This document shows, one piece after another, positions 1 through 13,750 of a stretch of 64,000 nucleotides of DNA. The stretch comes from Cyanophora paradoxa CCMP329. Taxonomy: Eukaryota; Plantae; Glaucophyta. Location: assembly GCA_004431415.1 (NCBI GenBank), contig QPMI01000682.1, forward strand, positions 1 through 64,000. The letters are read 5' to 3'. Every line of letters begins with the position of its first letter. Position 1 is the first letter of the stretch. The notes beneath the pieces were generated by a model. The model searched no databases, was not told where the DNA came from, and was given only the letters and a program-made list of their open reading frames with translations. The translations under genes were made by a program, and so were the position numbers.

Positions 1-399
1 TCGAGCAAAAGTTTTTGAGCGTCCAGCCGAGACCAAAACATTTTGCAAAAACATTTACAAAACATTTTGTTTTATTTTTCGAAAAAGTTTTCGGCCGGAA
101 CCCTGGGCGGAGGCCGCACCGGAGCTGACGTGCTGTGCACGTGTACCCCTCATGCTCCTGCAAGTTCATCCGCCGAGTTGCACCAATCGCGATCACGAGT
201 TGCGAACTCTCGCGATCGCGGAACGGTCGGTTCAATCGCCAAAAGTTCCGAATTCGAATCCGGATATCCGGGATCCGGATCCGGATTCCGGCTACTTATA
301 ATTACATAATTAGCTAGCGCTCGTGCTTAGCTTGGCGCGCGGGCCGCGGCGCGGCGCGTTCGGAGGGGGCCGCGGCGGCGCGGCCGGGACAGACCGGGG

Positions 400-3300
400 C
401 TACCCACCGGCCCCGCAGGCGGCCTCGAGCTCGCAGAGGGTCGAGCACATCATGTGGCAGGAGAAGGGGTGGTGCGCCGGGCACCGCACCGCCTGCCGCC
501 GGGCCCTCGTGATCAGCGGGCGGGGGCTGGACTGGGGCCTCCGCGGGTGCCCGGGGCGGGACCTGCTGGAGGCCCGACTGGAGGTCCAGCGTGGGCACGT
601 AGTCGAAGGCCGGCACCTGCCCCCGCCCCGCCCCCGTCAACCCCGGCCGCGAGCCAGGGGGGCGCCGGTGGCGGGGCGGGACGGCGGGCGCGCCACGGTT
701 ACGCCGGTGGCGTCGAGGGCCTCCCGCGTGACGTGGAAGCGCAGCGAGTTGTAGAGCAGCCCTGCCCCGCCCCGGTCAACGCCGGCGGGGCTTGGGGGGG
801 GGCGGGGCGCGCCCGGGGCGGAGAAGGTGACGGCGGGGACGCTCAGCTTGGCCCCCACGAGCTTCGCCAGACCACCCCCAAGACTATGGCCTGATGGCAT
901 CGCTCGGATGGCACGGGGAGGCCCCGGGGCGGCGGGGGCGGCGGGGGCGGCGGGGCGCGGGCAGACCGGCGAGGAGGACGGGGAGGGACGGCTCGCGGGC
1001 CCGCAGCGCCCGCACGTGGCTGCCGCCGCTCCGTGAGGACGAGGGGGCGAGGGCGAGGGGCGCCCCGGCAGCCCGCCCCGCGCACTGCTCGATTGGGACC
1101 CAGTACCTGCGGAGATGGGCGCGGGGTGAGCGGCGGGGCGCGGGCGGGGGGCGGGGGAGAGGCGGGCGGGGCACCTTTCGTCGCGGCGCATGGGACGAGG
1201 CTGGCGAGGCGCTTGATGAGCAGCGCGATCGCCCCCGTCGGCCACGTGCCTGCCCCGCGCCGGCGCCGGCCGGCCTCGGAGACCGCGGAGGAGGGCGGGG
1301 AGGCGGGGCGGGGCCGGCGAGGGGAGCGGGGCGGCTGCGCGGGCCCCGCGCACTCATGAAGGAGCCGAGGGAGGCCGCGACTTGCACCGCCGCCTGCGCG
1401 CCCCGCACCGCGCCGCCCGTCGGGCAGGGAGGGGGTGGGGGGCCAGGGCCGCCAGGCCGCACGGCGGAGAGCCAGATGGAGATGTTCTGCATCCTGGGGA
1501 GGGCACAGTCAAGAAGCGAAGGCGGCGGCGGGGGGGAAGGGGGGGGGGGGGGGAGGGGGGGAGGGAGGGGAGGGGCAGGGGACCAGTCGCGGTAGCCGGT
1601 GGTGCCGCGGACGGCGACGACGGCGAGCGGCGAGGTGCCGCCCCGGCGGTACTCGACGAAGCGCACCCCGAGGTGGCCGCTCTCCGCGTGCACGCCCCAC
1701 CCCGGCAGCCGCGCATCCAGGTACTCTGCCCCGCCGCCCCCGTCCAGATCCTGCCCGGCCGGAGGCGGGCGGGGCGAGCGGGGCGCACGCTGCGCCTGGG
1801 CGGGGTCGAGGGTGTAGGCGAGCTTGGAGAGCTGCGGGGCGGCTCGCGGGGAGGGGAGGGGAGGCGAAGAGGAGGAAGGGCGGGGGCGCCTGGGCGAGCT
1901 GGACGACGGAGGCGCCCTCGAAGCGCGCCGAGCAGAGCGGGTAGGGCGCCGCCGGCCGCACCGTCTGCCAACCCGCCTCGCAGCGGAGGGGCGGGGAGGG
2001 AGGAGCGGGGGGCGCACGGGGTCGCACTTGCAGGCGGTGGGGTCGGCGGGCAGCGCGGCGTAGTTCCACGCGAAGATCGCGAGCACCAGCGACGCTGCCC
2101 GGCGAGGGCGCTGGGCTCAGCAGCGGGGGGAGCGGGAGGGGCGGCGGGCGGGCGCGCCGAAGACGGCGAGGGCGGCGAGGAGCAGGAGGGCGAAGAGCGT
2201 AAAGTCGCGGCCCCGCCGCCGCCGCCGCGGCAGCAGCCCTGCGCAGGCCCCCTCTCAGGGCTGGGCGGGGCTGGACGGCGCGGGGCGACCGCTGCGGCGC
2301 GCGCGGGCGAGCCTTCCTCCCTCAGAACTGCGGCGCCGGCGGCGGTCAGAGCTGGACGGGGGCGGGGGGGTCGGGGGGGCGCGCGGGGCAGGGAGTCCTC
2401 GTGGACGCCGCGGCGCGGGGCGGTGCGCAGGGAGGGCGGCAGCGCCGCCGTGAAGTAGAGGGCCCCGAACCTGCGGGGGCGTGAGGGGCGGAGGGGCAGC
2501 AGGGACCGCGCGGGGGCGGCGCGCATGGGGAGCAGGCGGGCGCCCAGGACGAAGAACTGGAGGGCGAGGGCCAGGAGGGCCGCCCCCAGGCACGCCCCTG
2601 CGGCGCTCGGCGTCGGGGGGCACCAGGCAGGGGGCGCCGGGGGCGAGGGGCACCGAAGGCGGCGAAGGCGGCATAGCGGCGGAAGGCGGGGCGGGCGAGG
2701 AGGGCGAGCAGGCGCCCGCGAGGGCCGGCGAGCGCGGCGGGGAGGCCCCGAAGGGCGGCGGCGACTCGCGCCCCCCGGAAGCGGCGCCGTCGCGATGAAC
2801 GCCGCCGCGGTGCAGCCGACGGCGGAGGCGGCGAGGACGGCGGCGGAGGCGGCGAGGGGCGCGGTGCCGGCCTGCGCCCTCGCCTCCCCGCCGGTCGCCT
2901 GCGCGCGCGAGGGCGCCTCGGAAGGAGCCTCGAGGGAGGGAGGAGGGGGAAGGGGGCCGGGCCTGGGCGTCAAGCGGGGCGACGACGGCGACGCCGATCA
3001 CGAAGGTGGCGACGTAGAGGAGCCAGCCCTTCCTGCCCGCCCCGTCCCGCCTCGCCCCCGGCGGGGCCGCGCGGGGCGGGGCGGGGCGGGGCGGGGCGGG
3101 GCGCCTGAGGGACCAGTGGGTGCGCCAGAAGTGGACGGCGGAGGCGAGCCAGCTGGCGAGCACGAGCAGCACGATCACCTGCCGCCGCCCCCCTCGCCCA
3201 CCCCGCCCCCGCCGCCGCCGGGGCGCGGGCGGGCGCGGCGGCGCGGGGGGGGGCCTCGGGGAGGAAGCCCTCGAGGGCGAAGGTGAGGAGCATGGAGAGG

Positions 3301-4470
3301 AGGGCGAGGAAGGCCACGAGCAGGAGCCCGCCGTCCATCGCCCCCCCCTCCTCCGGCGCCCCGATCTGCACCCACGCGCCCCCCGCTCGCGGCGCCGAGG
3401 CGCGCGCACGGGGGCGCCCGCGCGCGCCTTGCTGCGGTGCAGCATGAGGGACCTGCGGGGGCGGGGCCGAGTGAAGAGGGGGAGGAGCGCGCGGCGGGGG
3501 CGGCGCGCACCAGGCGAAGGCGCGGTCGAGGGCGGAGAGGAGGCGGAAGCCGCCGGCGTGCGCGGCGGAGAGCGCGGCGAAGGCGATGCCCTGCGCGGGA
3601 GGCCGCTCGGAGGCGGGGATCGCCAAAGCCGGCGGGGCGCGGGCCTCCATGGTGTACGTGAAGAGGGCCTCCGACCAGAAGCGGCGGAAGGACTGGTCCT
3701 GCCGCAGCGCCAGCGACGCCGCCAGCAGCCCGTACGCGACCCCCGCCAGGATCGCCCCCGAGCGCAGCAGCCGCGTCGCCGTCCCCGGCGGCCCCAGCTC
3801 CCAGCCCGACAGAATCCACCTGCGGCGCGCGGGTCGCGGGAGCCGCGGCGGGAAGGGGAACGCCGGCACCGCAGGAGCTGCCCGAGAACAGCAGCGTCCA
3901 GCGCGGCGACGGGAAGGGAGAGGAAAATGAACGCAGGGACGGCACAAACGCGCAGGATGAGATCGCCCGCCGAGTCGACGCTCCCGTGCTCCTCGACGCT
4001 CGGCTGGAAGACCGTATACGCTGCGCGGCGGCCGCGGAAGTGAGACTGATTCCCGCTTCATATACACAAACACGCGCCGGGCGCCGGCCGCGGGCGCTCG
4101 ACCTTTTGTATCTTCGCACCGATCTCCTTTATGGATATGAGACTGAAGGAGAGGCCCAGAAGCCCGGAAGCGATGAACACTAATTTACAAGCCACCTGCC
4201 GTGCTGTGAGGGGCCGGGGGGCCGGCGAGGTCTTAAACAACGCGCTGGCGCCGCGCGCCGGCGCACCTGGAAGGGCAGGGACTCCAACCCAGCAGTTATG
4301 CTTAGCGAGGACTCTCGCTCGCGCGAGCGCGCGAGCGCGTCGTCGCGCTGGCTGGCAGCGTCGACGATGCTTGAGTAGAGCTGCGACGAGGAAACCTTGG
4401 GCGCGTTTGTGCCGTAAGCGCGGGCGCGCGGCGGCGTGCCCGGCAGGGAAGTCGACCCCGGCGTCGACAT
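400..4470 (-). CDS. Multi-exon class-3 lipase (alpha/beta hydrolase) with N-terminal transmembrane segments, Atg15-like architecture
   Basis: Exon fragments on the minus strand include VVAVRGTTGYRDW, the nucleophile elbow SGHSLGGGLAKLVG..VPAVTFSAPG, hydrophobic segments (LLLVAFLALLSMLLTFAL, WLLYVATFVIGVAVVA) and a C-terminus ..CHMMCSTLCELEAACGAGG* (stop 400-402). The start at ATG 4470 (MSTPGS) is tentative and the exon structure is only partly resolved. Confidence 0.72.
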
Positions 4471-4775
4471 GCTCAGTGAAGCTCTACCCCTCTCCGGGGG
4501 AGCTCCGAATCCGCGGGCCTTTCAACGACAGCCTTGCGACGGCGCGCCAAAGCTCAGGGAACGCAAGCCGTACTTGGCGGCGAACAGGACAGCTCCCCAA
4601 GCGGCGCCGCTGCATCGCTGCGCCAGCTCGCTGCAGGGCGGCGGCGGCTGTACGCAGCGCCCCTGGTCTCAACAACGTTGCGGTGCCCTTGGAGACCGCA
4701 GCCGGTCACGGAGGTCAGCTGCAGCTATCTTAGCTCGCGCGATCGGCCTTGGCCCTTCGCTAGCGCCTGCCGCAT

Positions 4776-7700
4776 ATGGAGCCGATGAGGAGAATTCTGC
4801 TGGTCCTGTTAACGACCACAAGCTTGGCCAGGCTCGCTGCAGGTGCGCGCTGAGCACCTCAGCTGCAGTCGGCCGGCGCCGCGGCATGGCATCGGGCCCG
4901 GCCCAGGCCCCTCAAGGCTCTAAGAGCATAGATCGACTTTGGCGCGCGCCTCGCGCGCTTTGGCCGCCCCGCGGCCCCTGCAGCTGCAGGAAGGCGTGCG
5001 CGCGCGCGGCGGCCGCGGCCGCGGGCCGGGCGCCCGGGCCGGGGCCGGGCCGGGCCCGGGGACGAAACGGCGATGGCTGACGGCGGGGGCGGGGCGGGGC
5101 GGCAGGGGCGAACTACGCGAGCGTGTCGTCGACGAACCCGGTGGTGGGCCTGACGACCTCGGCCATCGCCCAGCTCCCCTCCGACAGCAAGATCCTCCCC
5201 GGCAACACCGTTTGGGGTGCGCCCGGGCCGGCGGGGGCGGGCGCCGGCCCCCCCAGCTGTAGGCCTGGGTGCTGAGCGGGGCGGGCAGGGATGTTCGGGG
5301 GGTCGTCGTCGGAGCCCGTGGTGCTCTTCGTCGACATGAACGAGCTCTCCGTCCTCCAGGCCCGCCCCGCCCCGCCCCGCCCCGTGCCCCCGCGCGCCTC
5401 CCGCCCCGCCGGCTCACCGGCGCCGCCCGCCCCGCCGCGCAGGGCGCCACGATCGCGGCGGAGGCCGGCGTGGTCGTCGAGACCGTCCTCAAGGCCCGGA
5501 CAGTCCGCGAGAGGCCGCTCCAGAACGGCCAGTCCGACTCGGTGCGCGCGCCCGGATTCGCCAGCCGGCCGCCAGTCTCTCTGAGAGCGCGCTGGACGCT
5601 GCGGGGCAGGCGGAGAGGTACAGGCGGTCGTTCGGGAACTACGTGGTGCTGAGCAACGGGACCCTCTTCCGCGTGGACCTCTACGCCTCCAACAAGGTCC
5701 CCCCGGCCCCCCGCCCCGCCCCGCCCAGCCGCCCCGCTTCGCTGAAGCCCCGCGGGGGCTGTCCCGCAGCCCTCGGCGCCAGGCTTCTCCAAGTTCATAC
5801 TCACGAGGTGCGGCGGCGCCCCGCTCCCGGCGACCGCGCGCCGCGAAGCGCTAGCGCCCCGCCCCCGGCTGCAGGCTGGATCACCTCTCGCTGATGAACG
5901 CGGGAGTGGCGAGCGGCAAGCGGCTCACGAACTGCAACAACGACTACGCCGTGCGCTCAAAAAAGAAAGCTTCGATGCGGCGGCGTGCTAACCGCGCCGC
6001 GCGCGCCAGAGCCCCGAGCCGACGAGCGAGTGCCGGCGGATCAGCGCCTTCGCGGCGAGCACCGCCTCCCTCGGCAAACCTCCCGGTGCGAGGGGCCGGG
6101 CCTCCTCTGGAAAGCTGGCGTGCGAGCGTTGACCCCGGGGAGGCAGGCGCGGGGGGCGCCAGCGGCGAGGGCGCCATCGGCGGCATCTACATCGCCGTCT
6201 CCGCGCCCGTCCTCGGGGCCCCCCGTGCGCCCCGCGGCCCCTTCGCCCAGTAAGAACCCGCCCGAGGGCCGCCCGCTCCGCGCAGCGCCATCGAACTCCA
6301 CAATCCGCTCGAACGCGACGCTCCTGCACCTGTACCCCGACATCGTGCGCCCGCGCCGCGGCGGGCGCCCCCTCTCCCGCGCGCGACGGCGGCGCAGAAC
6401 GCGGCGAACGACTCCTCCTCGAAGTACGCCATCACCCCCGAGACCGTCACCGAGTCCGAGTTCTACTTCGCCGCCGGCAGCTCCCTCCGGGCGCGTGCCC
6501 CCGCGCTGGGTTCGGCGCGCCCCCCTCGAGCCTCCCCGCGTGCAGGTGCCGGGCACGAGCTCCTTCGTCGTCTGGGCCTTCGCCCGCAACTTCCTCGGTG
6601 CCCGCTCTTTCCTTCTTTGCTGCACCCATCCACCCTCCTCCGCCCCTCTAGCGCGAGCGGCCCCGCCGCGCAGGGATCTGGACGGCGAACCCGGAGGACT
6701 GGACGAAGTTCACCTCGAAGCCGGCGAACCGCTTCACGACCCCCGACGCAATCTACATGCTCAACGCCACCGACTTCTCGGTGCCCCCTCCCCTCCCTCG
6801 CTTCGCCCGCCCGGAGGGCCGAGGCGGCGCCGGGGGCGCGCAGGTCCTCACGAAGTGGCAGCTGCGGGCCTTCCCGACGCGGGCCGCCGCCGTGGACTTC
6901 GCGAGCCTCACAACCGTCTACGGCACCGTCGTCCGCCGGCCCCGCCCGCCCCGCTCCGCGCCGGCCCCGCCCCCTCGGCCCCGGGCCTCACGCGAGCCGC
7001 CGCGCAGCTCGACGCGGGAGTGCGGCAGGTCGCCGGCGTGGTGCGCCCTCCCCATCGCCCTCCGCGGGGGGGAGCGCGGCTCACAGCGGAGGTCGCCCGG
7101 CGCGCGCGGCGGGCTCGCAGGAGACGCACGTCTTCTACCTGCTCTACTCGGGCCTCGCCGTCGCCATGGGCCTCCGCCCCGGCCTCCCCGAGCCCATCGA
7201 GTCCGCCCCGCCCCGCACCCCGCCCCTTGCCATCCGCCTCCTCGAACCCGGGCGCAGGATCGCGCGGTGCACGCACTCGCTGACGACGTTCACGTCGGGG
7301 CCGACCCCGCCCTACCCCACCAAGCGCATCACGGGGGCCACCTTCGACGATGTCACGTGCGGCGGCGCCAGCTCTGCCTCCCGCCCCCCCCGGGAGCGTG
7401 CGAGGCGGGGCGGCAGGAGCCCGCGCTTCATCTACATGTTCAGCAACGAGGGCCGCCTCGTTAAGTGCGTGGCCCCCGCTTCCAGGCGCCCAGTCTGCAG
7501 CGCTCCCTCTCCAGGCTGACCATGAGCCGGGCCGGGGGGCGGCAGGCTGGCGATCTGGCCCTTCCCGACCCTGTACGAGGTCTCCTACATCGAGCCCTAC
7601 CCCAGTGCGTGAGGCCCCCTGCTCTACTCTCTTCTCTCGCCTCCCCGCCGCGGCGGCCGTGTGAGAGGCGGGCGGGGGCGGCAGCGAACGACTACCGGGA

Positions 7701-10700
7701 CCCGGTGGTGATGGAGTACACGGGGACAGGCGCCAACATCCCCCAGGCCCCCCGCCCCGCCCCGCCCCGCTGGCCTCCCGCCCCGCAGCGCTCGGGCTCA
7801 CGCGCCGCAGGCCGGCGAGCGCTTCATCGTCGTGCCCATCAACATGAACCCCGCCAAGGTCCCGCCCCCCCGGCCTCCCCCCCTGGTTCCTCGCCTGGGC
7901 CCAGTGCCGCCCCCGCAGATCGTCCGCTTCCCGACAATGTGCCCGGTGGGTACGTACGTCAACCAGTTTGCGCTGGGCGGCTCGGACGCCAGCGGCTGCG
8001 TCAACATCCCCGCCGGCTTCGCGTACGACTACTCCAACTACCCCCGCAACACGCCCGCCCACCCCCTTCTCCCCGTCTCGGGATTCTCCATCTCTGACTC
8101 GGACCGCGCAGGCCGCTCTCGCCGAAGGAGTTCACGCGCTGCCCCGCCGGCTTCTACACGACCCTCGTGCCCCGCGCCCTCCCCTCCTCTCCCCTCCCTT
8201 TCCGCGTCCGAGAGGCTGCGGCGCAGACGAAGACGAACTCGTGCATCGCGTGCCCCCTCGGCCAGCGCTCCAAGGCCGTGCGCCCCGAGACCGCCCCGCC
8301 CCCTCCGGCCGCCCCCGTCTGACGCGGGCGAAGGCGGCGCCGAACCCCTACCTGGAGCCGACGTTCTGCCCGGCCGCGCTCTGCAACACGACCGGCGAGG
8401 GCTACATCACGGGGCCGCCGCCGGTGCGCCGGCGCGGGGGCACGGCGCCGCAGCGGTACGGGCGTTGAGGGGAGCAGGTGTACGACGGGTGCGAGGCGTG
8501 CAAGGGCGGGTCGTACGCGAACACCTCGACGGACACGTGCAGCCTCTGCCCCGCCGGCACCTTCAGCGGCGACAGCGCCTCCGCCTGCACCCCCTGCCCC
8601 GTGCCGCCCCGGCCCCGCCCCGACGCCGTGGCTCCTCTAGATCTGACGAGGGCGGGGCCAGGCGGGGACCTTCAGCAAGGCCGCGGGGGGCAACGGCGCC
8701 GTCTCCTGCCTCGCCTGCAGCGGCGGCGGCGAGGCGCGCGCGCCGCGCCTCTCTCGCGCCGGGCCGGCGGGGCCTGACGGAGGGGGGGGGGGCAGATCTC
8801 GGGGCCGGGGGCGACCGCGTGCACCCTCTGCCCGGACGGCCAGGTCGCCACCAACGACGCCGTCGCCTGCCAGGCCTGCCCCGCCGGGTGCCCCCTCCCC
8901 CCTTCCCTCCCGCCCCGCCACCCGGCCGCCGAAGCGGGGCCGGGGCAGGCAATACCGGTCCGCGAGGAACTCGACGAACGGCGCCCTCTCGTACGCCTGC
9001 GAGCAGTGTCCCGCCAACTCCTACTCCCCGGGTGAGCTCCGCCCCGCCGGCCCCCCACAGCGCCCCGGCGCAGCGCTCCCTCAAAGAGCTGTACATGTCG
9101 CCGCAGGAGGCGTCAACGCTTGCCTGCCCTGCGGGACGGGCGCCGTCTCCCCGCCCTCCTCCTCCTCCTGCACCGTCTGCGCCGCTGGGTCCGCTCTCCG
9201 CAGCGCGGGGCGGGGCCGGGCGGGGCTCGAGCCGAGCGGCTGCTGTGCGCAGGTCGTACGCAGAGTACGCGCAGGCGGGGGGCGTGTGCAAGCTCTGCCC
9301 CGCCGGCTTCTTTGCTGCCGAGCCGACCGCCAACTGCACGGCGTGCGCCCCGGGCACCTTCGCCCCCGCCGCCGGCTCCATTTCCTGCTCCCCCTGCCCC
9401 CCCGGTGCGCCCCCGCCCTGCACCTCCTCCTCGTCGGGCGGCTTCGAGGGCCGGCGGGGGCAGGCCAGTTCAGCTTTGTGGGGCGCTCCGCCTGCTCGCC
9501 CTGCCCCCCGGTGCCGCCCCTCTCCTCTCCCCGCCTGCCTCCGGTCCGCGAGCGGGCCGCCTCCTCGGCAGGGGACGGCCTCCTCGGCGCCGGGGCAGGG
9601 TGCGTGCAGCGCCTGCAAGCCGACCGACGTCTGCTCCCTCGGGACGTGCGCCTGCACGCCCCGCCCGCCGCGTCGGGCGCCGAGGGGGCGCGCAGGCTGG
9701 TGCCGCTGGACGCGACGGCGACGGGGAGCCTCGTCTCCCTCGTCGCCCGCGCCGCCGACGTCCGCTTGGCCCCCTCCCTCTTTCCCATCCTCCCCCGACC
9801 GCGGGGCTGGGCCTGGGGCAGGCGGGGTCCTTCCGGGCGAACGCGACGCTCTTCGCGCCCGTCCTCCTCGACGCCGTCGCCCTCCGTGCGCCCCCGCCCC
9901 CGCCCCCGCGAGGCCGCGCGCGCTGGGCGCCTCGAGCAGAGCGGCTGCTGAAGGAGGGGCCTGCGCCCACCCTCCGGCACCGCTTCGCTCTTCACGAGGG
10001 CCCCGGGCCCCGCCCTCGGCCTTCTCCCGCGGGCCCTCACCGCCCGGGGCGCAGTGCGCAACGGCTCGGGCGGGGCGGGGGGCGCGCGGGCGGTGTACCG
10101 CGCGATCCCCACGACCGACGAAGACGCCCAGCGCGCCCAGTGCGCCGCCCGGCCCGGGCCGCGGGGGAGCGGGGCGCTGAGGGGCGGCGGGGCAGGCGGA
10201 CCTTCCTGGTGGTCTCCCTCGTCGAGGCCCTCGGCCTCGCCTTCGTGCGCCCCGCCCCCGCCCCCCCCCCCCCCCCGCCCCCGAGGGCCCTCGGGCAAGC
10301 TCTCGGGCAGGTGACGCTGGTGGCGAGCGCGTACCTCTTCTGCACGAAGCGCACCGCCCTCCTCGCCCGCCTCGACCTCCTGCGCGCCCCCCGCCCCTCC
10401 CGGCCCCCGCCCCCCGCCCCCCGCCCCGTCTGATGCGCCCCGGGGCCGCCGCCAGCTTTAAGGAGTCCCACTCCCCCATCGACATCCACGGGTGCGCCCT
10501 TCCCGCCCGCCCTCCTCTGCCCTCCCGCCCGCGGCCGCCTCACGCGGCGCGCCCCTCCACTCCGGATCCAGCACGGGGATCGAGTACTCCGTCAAGCGCC
10601 GCACGCCCGGCGGTGCGCCGCCCCTCGCGCGCGCTTCCCGCAGAGCCGGCCCCTGGCCGGCCTTGCTCACGCGCCGGCCCCGCAGGCGGCATCTTCACCG

Positions 10701-13085
10701 TGCTCGCCGTCATCGGTGCGCCCCGCCCCGCCTGCCCGGGGCTCCTGCGGGGCGACAGGAGCGGCCTCGGCGCGCAGGCATCTGCCTCATCTTCTCCTAT
10801 ACGATCATCCTCTTCGTCCAGAACAACTACACCATCGCCTCCGCGCGCCCCGCCGCCCCCGCCTCCCCTCAGGGCCTCTTCCTTCGCCCGCGAGCTGAGG
10901 CCGCCGCGGCCGGCGCGCAGGGCCTGAACCCCGGGCAGGAGCAGGCGGCGGGGCCGTGGACACTCAAGGTCGCCGCCATCGGCTACGGCGGGTGCCCGCG
11001 CTCCCTCCCCGGCCCCGCCTCGTGGGGTGCCGTGCCTCGGGCTTAAAGCGGGGCGGGGCGCAGGCCCTGCGACGCCGGCGTCGACGTCGCCGTCGCCCCG
11101 CGCCAGTTCCTCTCCTCCACGAGGGTCCGCCCCGCGCCCCGCGCCCCGCCGCCCCCCCTCCAGCCTCCAGCCGCAGCGCAGCAGCCCCAGCGGCGCTGAC
11201 TCCTCTCCGGGCCCGCCACCAGCCCACGGCGAAGGGGTACCAGGAGGGCAGCGTGGACACCTCGACGCTCTGGGCCCCCGTCTCCTCCGCGCAGGTGCCG
11301 GCGCCCCCTCCGGCCCCCCGCCTGAGCCCGAGCCGAGGGCGTGCGCAGGTGACGACGACGGCCGGCTCGAGCCTCTCGCAGTCGCTGCCCGTCTGCGTCG
11401 CCTCCTGGTCCTGCCCCTTCTGCATGCGCGCCCGCCCGCCCGCCCCTCTCCCGGCTGGACGCCGGCAGCTGAGGCGGGCGGGGGCAGGCTCAACGCGATG
11501 ACCAACACGGGCATCAAGGTATTTTACATTTCAGATTACACAGGACGAGTAGCTCAGTTGGCAGAGCGGTTCGTTGACACCGAGCAGGTCTCCTTCAGGT
11601 GCCGCCTGCGCAGCGCGAGGCGTGGCGGGGCGGGGGCAGGGGCGGGGCCGAGGGGGCCCCGGGGCGCAGCAACCCGGCCTCCTCCATTGCCGCCTTCGCC
11701 TACACCCTCGAGGTCCCCGGGTGCGCCCCGCGGGCCCCTCACGCCCGCCCCGCTCGCCCCGCGCCCCCCCGAGGCGGGCGGCGCCGGCGCAGCGGGGCCT
11801 ACTCGGGGAGCCAGGCGGCGCCGGCCGGCTCGGCTTACCGGCGCGGCGCTCTCTCCGCGTCCTTCGGCCTCCTCCCCGTCCTCATCTCCAAGGACGACAA
11901 GACCGTCAAGGTGGGAGCCCCGCGGGAGGGGGCCCTGCCGCCTCGCCCAGACCTGGGCGCCGCGGGCGCGTGCGGGGGGCGGGTGGCGAGGGGGCCGGGG
12001 GCGCGGCAGGGCTTCAACGTGAGCCTCTCTGCGGTGGACGAGGCGGTGGCCCTCGTCGACGCCGACTCCTTCAACGACGCCGCACGCGCTGCCCGCCCCA
12101 CAGACTTCTCCGTGCCGCCCTTCGGATCCTCGCCCCGCCCCGGCCCTCCCCGCCTGAGCGCTCGCCGGCGGCAGGTCTCGCTCACGGTGCAGGAGGTCTT
12201 CCTCCAGGTACCCCCGCCCCCTCCACGCGCCCGCGGGGCGCCCGAGGGGGCGGCGCTGACGGGGCCCGGCGCGGGGGCGGTGGGCAGGTGACGTACATCC
12301 CCCAGACGAACACGATCGGCCTCGTGTCGAACTTGCTCGCCCTTTACTCCGGCGTCGTCGGCTTCCTCGCCTGGGTCATGAACAAGGCCCGCCCGCCCCG
12401 CACACGCGCGCCGCCGGCCGGCGCGGCTGCGGGCTGAGGGGACGGGGCGGGCAGCACGAGGACCTCTCCGAGTTCCGCGAGGAGCGCCGCGGGCGCAAGG
12501 TCGCCGACGGCGGCCACGCGGTCGTGCGCACCCCGGCCTGCAGCTGCCGCAGGCGCCGAGGCCGCCTACGAGTGATCGCTGCGGGGCCGCCAGGACGCGG
12601 AGGCGGCGGGACCCGGGGCGGGCCCGGCGAAGGCCCCCTCGTTGTCAGGCCCGCCCGAGATGTTCCGCATCGCCAAGGACCCCGAAAAGATCGTGCGCCG
12701 CCCGCCCGCCCGCCCGCCCGCCGGCCAAGCCGGGGCGGAGCAGGGCGTGCGGGTGAAGGGCGTGGAGGTCGTGCAGGGCGCAGGGGCCACCCCGCAGGGC
12801 CCCCCCCCCGGTGCGCCCGGCTGCTCTCGCCCGCCGGGGCGCCGCCGCGCGGCCCGTGGCCGACGGAGGTGCTCGCGCAGGCGCAGGCGGGGCCGGCGTC
12901 GTTCGCGTCCCAGCCGCTGGGCGCCTCCCCCTATCTCCAGCGGCGGCCCTCCTCCAACGCCTAGGGCCCCGCCACCCCCGCCCCTCCCCGCCTTCGCACC
13001 CTCCTCTCCGCGTAGTTTGCACATGGAGCGTCCTTGCGGCGGGGCGGGCCGGGGCTACAGGCGGAAGCAGGTGGAGCCGGCGTAG
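4776..13085 (+). CDS. Large multi-exon secreted/membrane protein with GCC2-GCC3/TNFR-like Cys-rich repeats and C-terminal transmembrane segments
   Basis: The ATG at 4776 gives a signal-peptide-like MEPMRRILLVLLTTTSLARLAA. CxxCPxGTF repeats lie at 8.1-9.65 kb (CSLCPAGTFSGDSASACTPCP, CKLCPAGFFAAEPTANCTACAPGTF). Hydrophobic exons occur at ~10.2, ~10.7 and ~12.3 kb, and the last exon ends in TAG at 13083-13085. There are many short GT/GC-AG introns. Confidence 0.65.
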
Positions 13086-13750
13086 CGCGGCTCGCTCCTG
13101 CCGTAGCAGCTGCAGCTCCGCCGCCCCGAGTCCATCCTCCCCTGCTCCCCGCACCCCGCGCACGCCCCCGGCTGCGAGCCCGCCCGCGACGGCGACCCCG
13201 GCGCCGGCGGCGGCGGCGGGGGGCGGTGCGGGGCCGCGGTGCAGGCGCGGGTGGCTGCACGCGAAGCACGCGCAGCCGAGGAAGGCGCGGTCGCAGCTGT
13301 ACACCCGCCCGCCCCCCGCACCGCCCTCGCCCCGGGCGCCCCGCTCCCTGCGTGTCCCGAGTCATGCAGGCGCGAGGCGCCGGGGCGCAGCGCACGCGCA
13401 CGGCGCGGGCGAGGCGGCGGAGGAGCTCGAGGGCGGCCTCGCTGGAGAGGGGCGGGGCGCCGGCGCGCGGCTCCCGCCCGGGCTCCCCCGCGGCGCGCAG
13501 AATCGCGCCGGCCGAGAGCGGGTTGCCCCCGCATCGGAAGGCCACCAGGCGCGGCAGGGAGCCGATGGCTGCGGGGAGGGCCGCCAGGCAGTTGCCGGAT
13601 AGGGAGAGCTCGCGCAGGGAGAGGGCAGTTTAACTCGGATCCGGAATTCAACGATTGAAATGCACTGCCGCTAGTAGGCCTCGACAGACAGGAGCCTCCG
13701 GAGGGAGGGCTCGCAGAGGTAGCCGGCGACGGGGAATGCAGCGGGGCCGG

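Noticed and set aside
1-312. AT-rich stretch with GGATCC/TCCGGA palindromic repeats, possible transposon end
   Set aside because: It is cut by the window edge, has no partner repeat or TSD, and cannot be classified.
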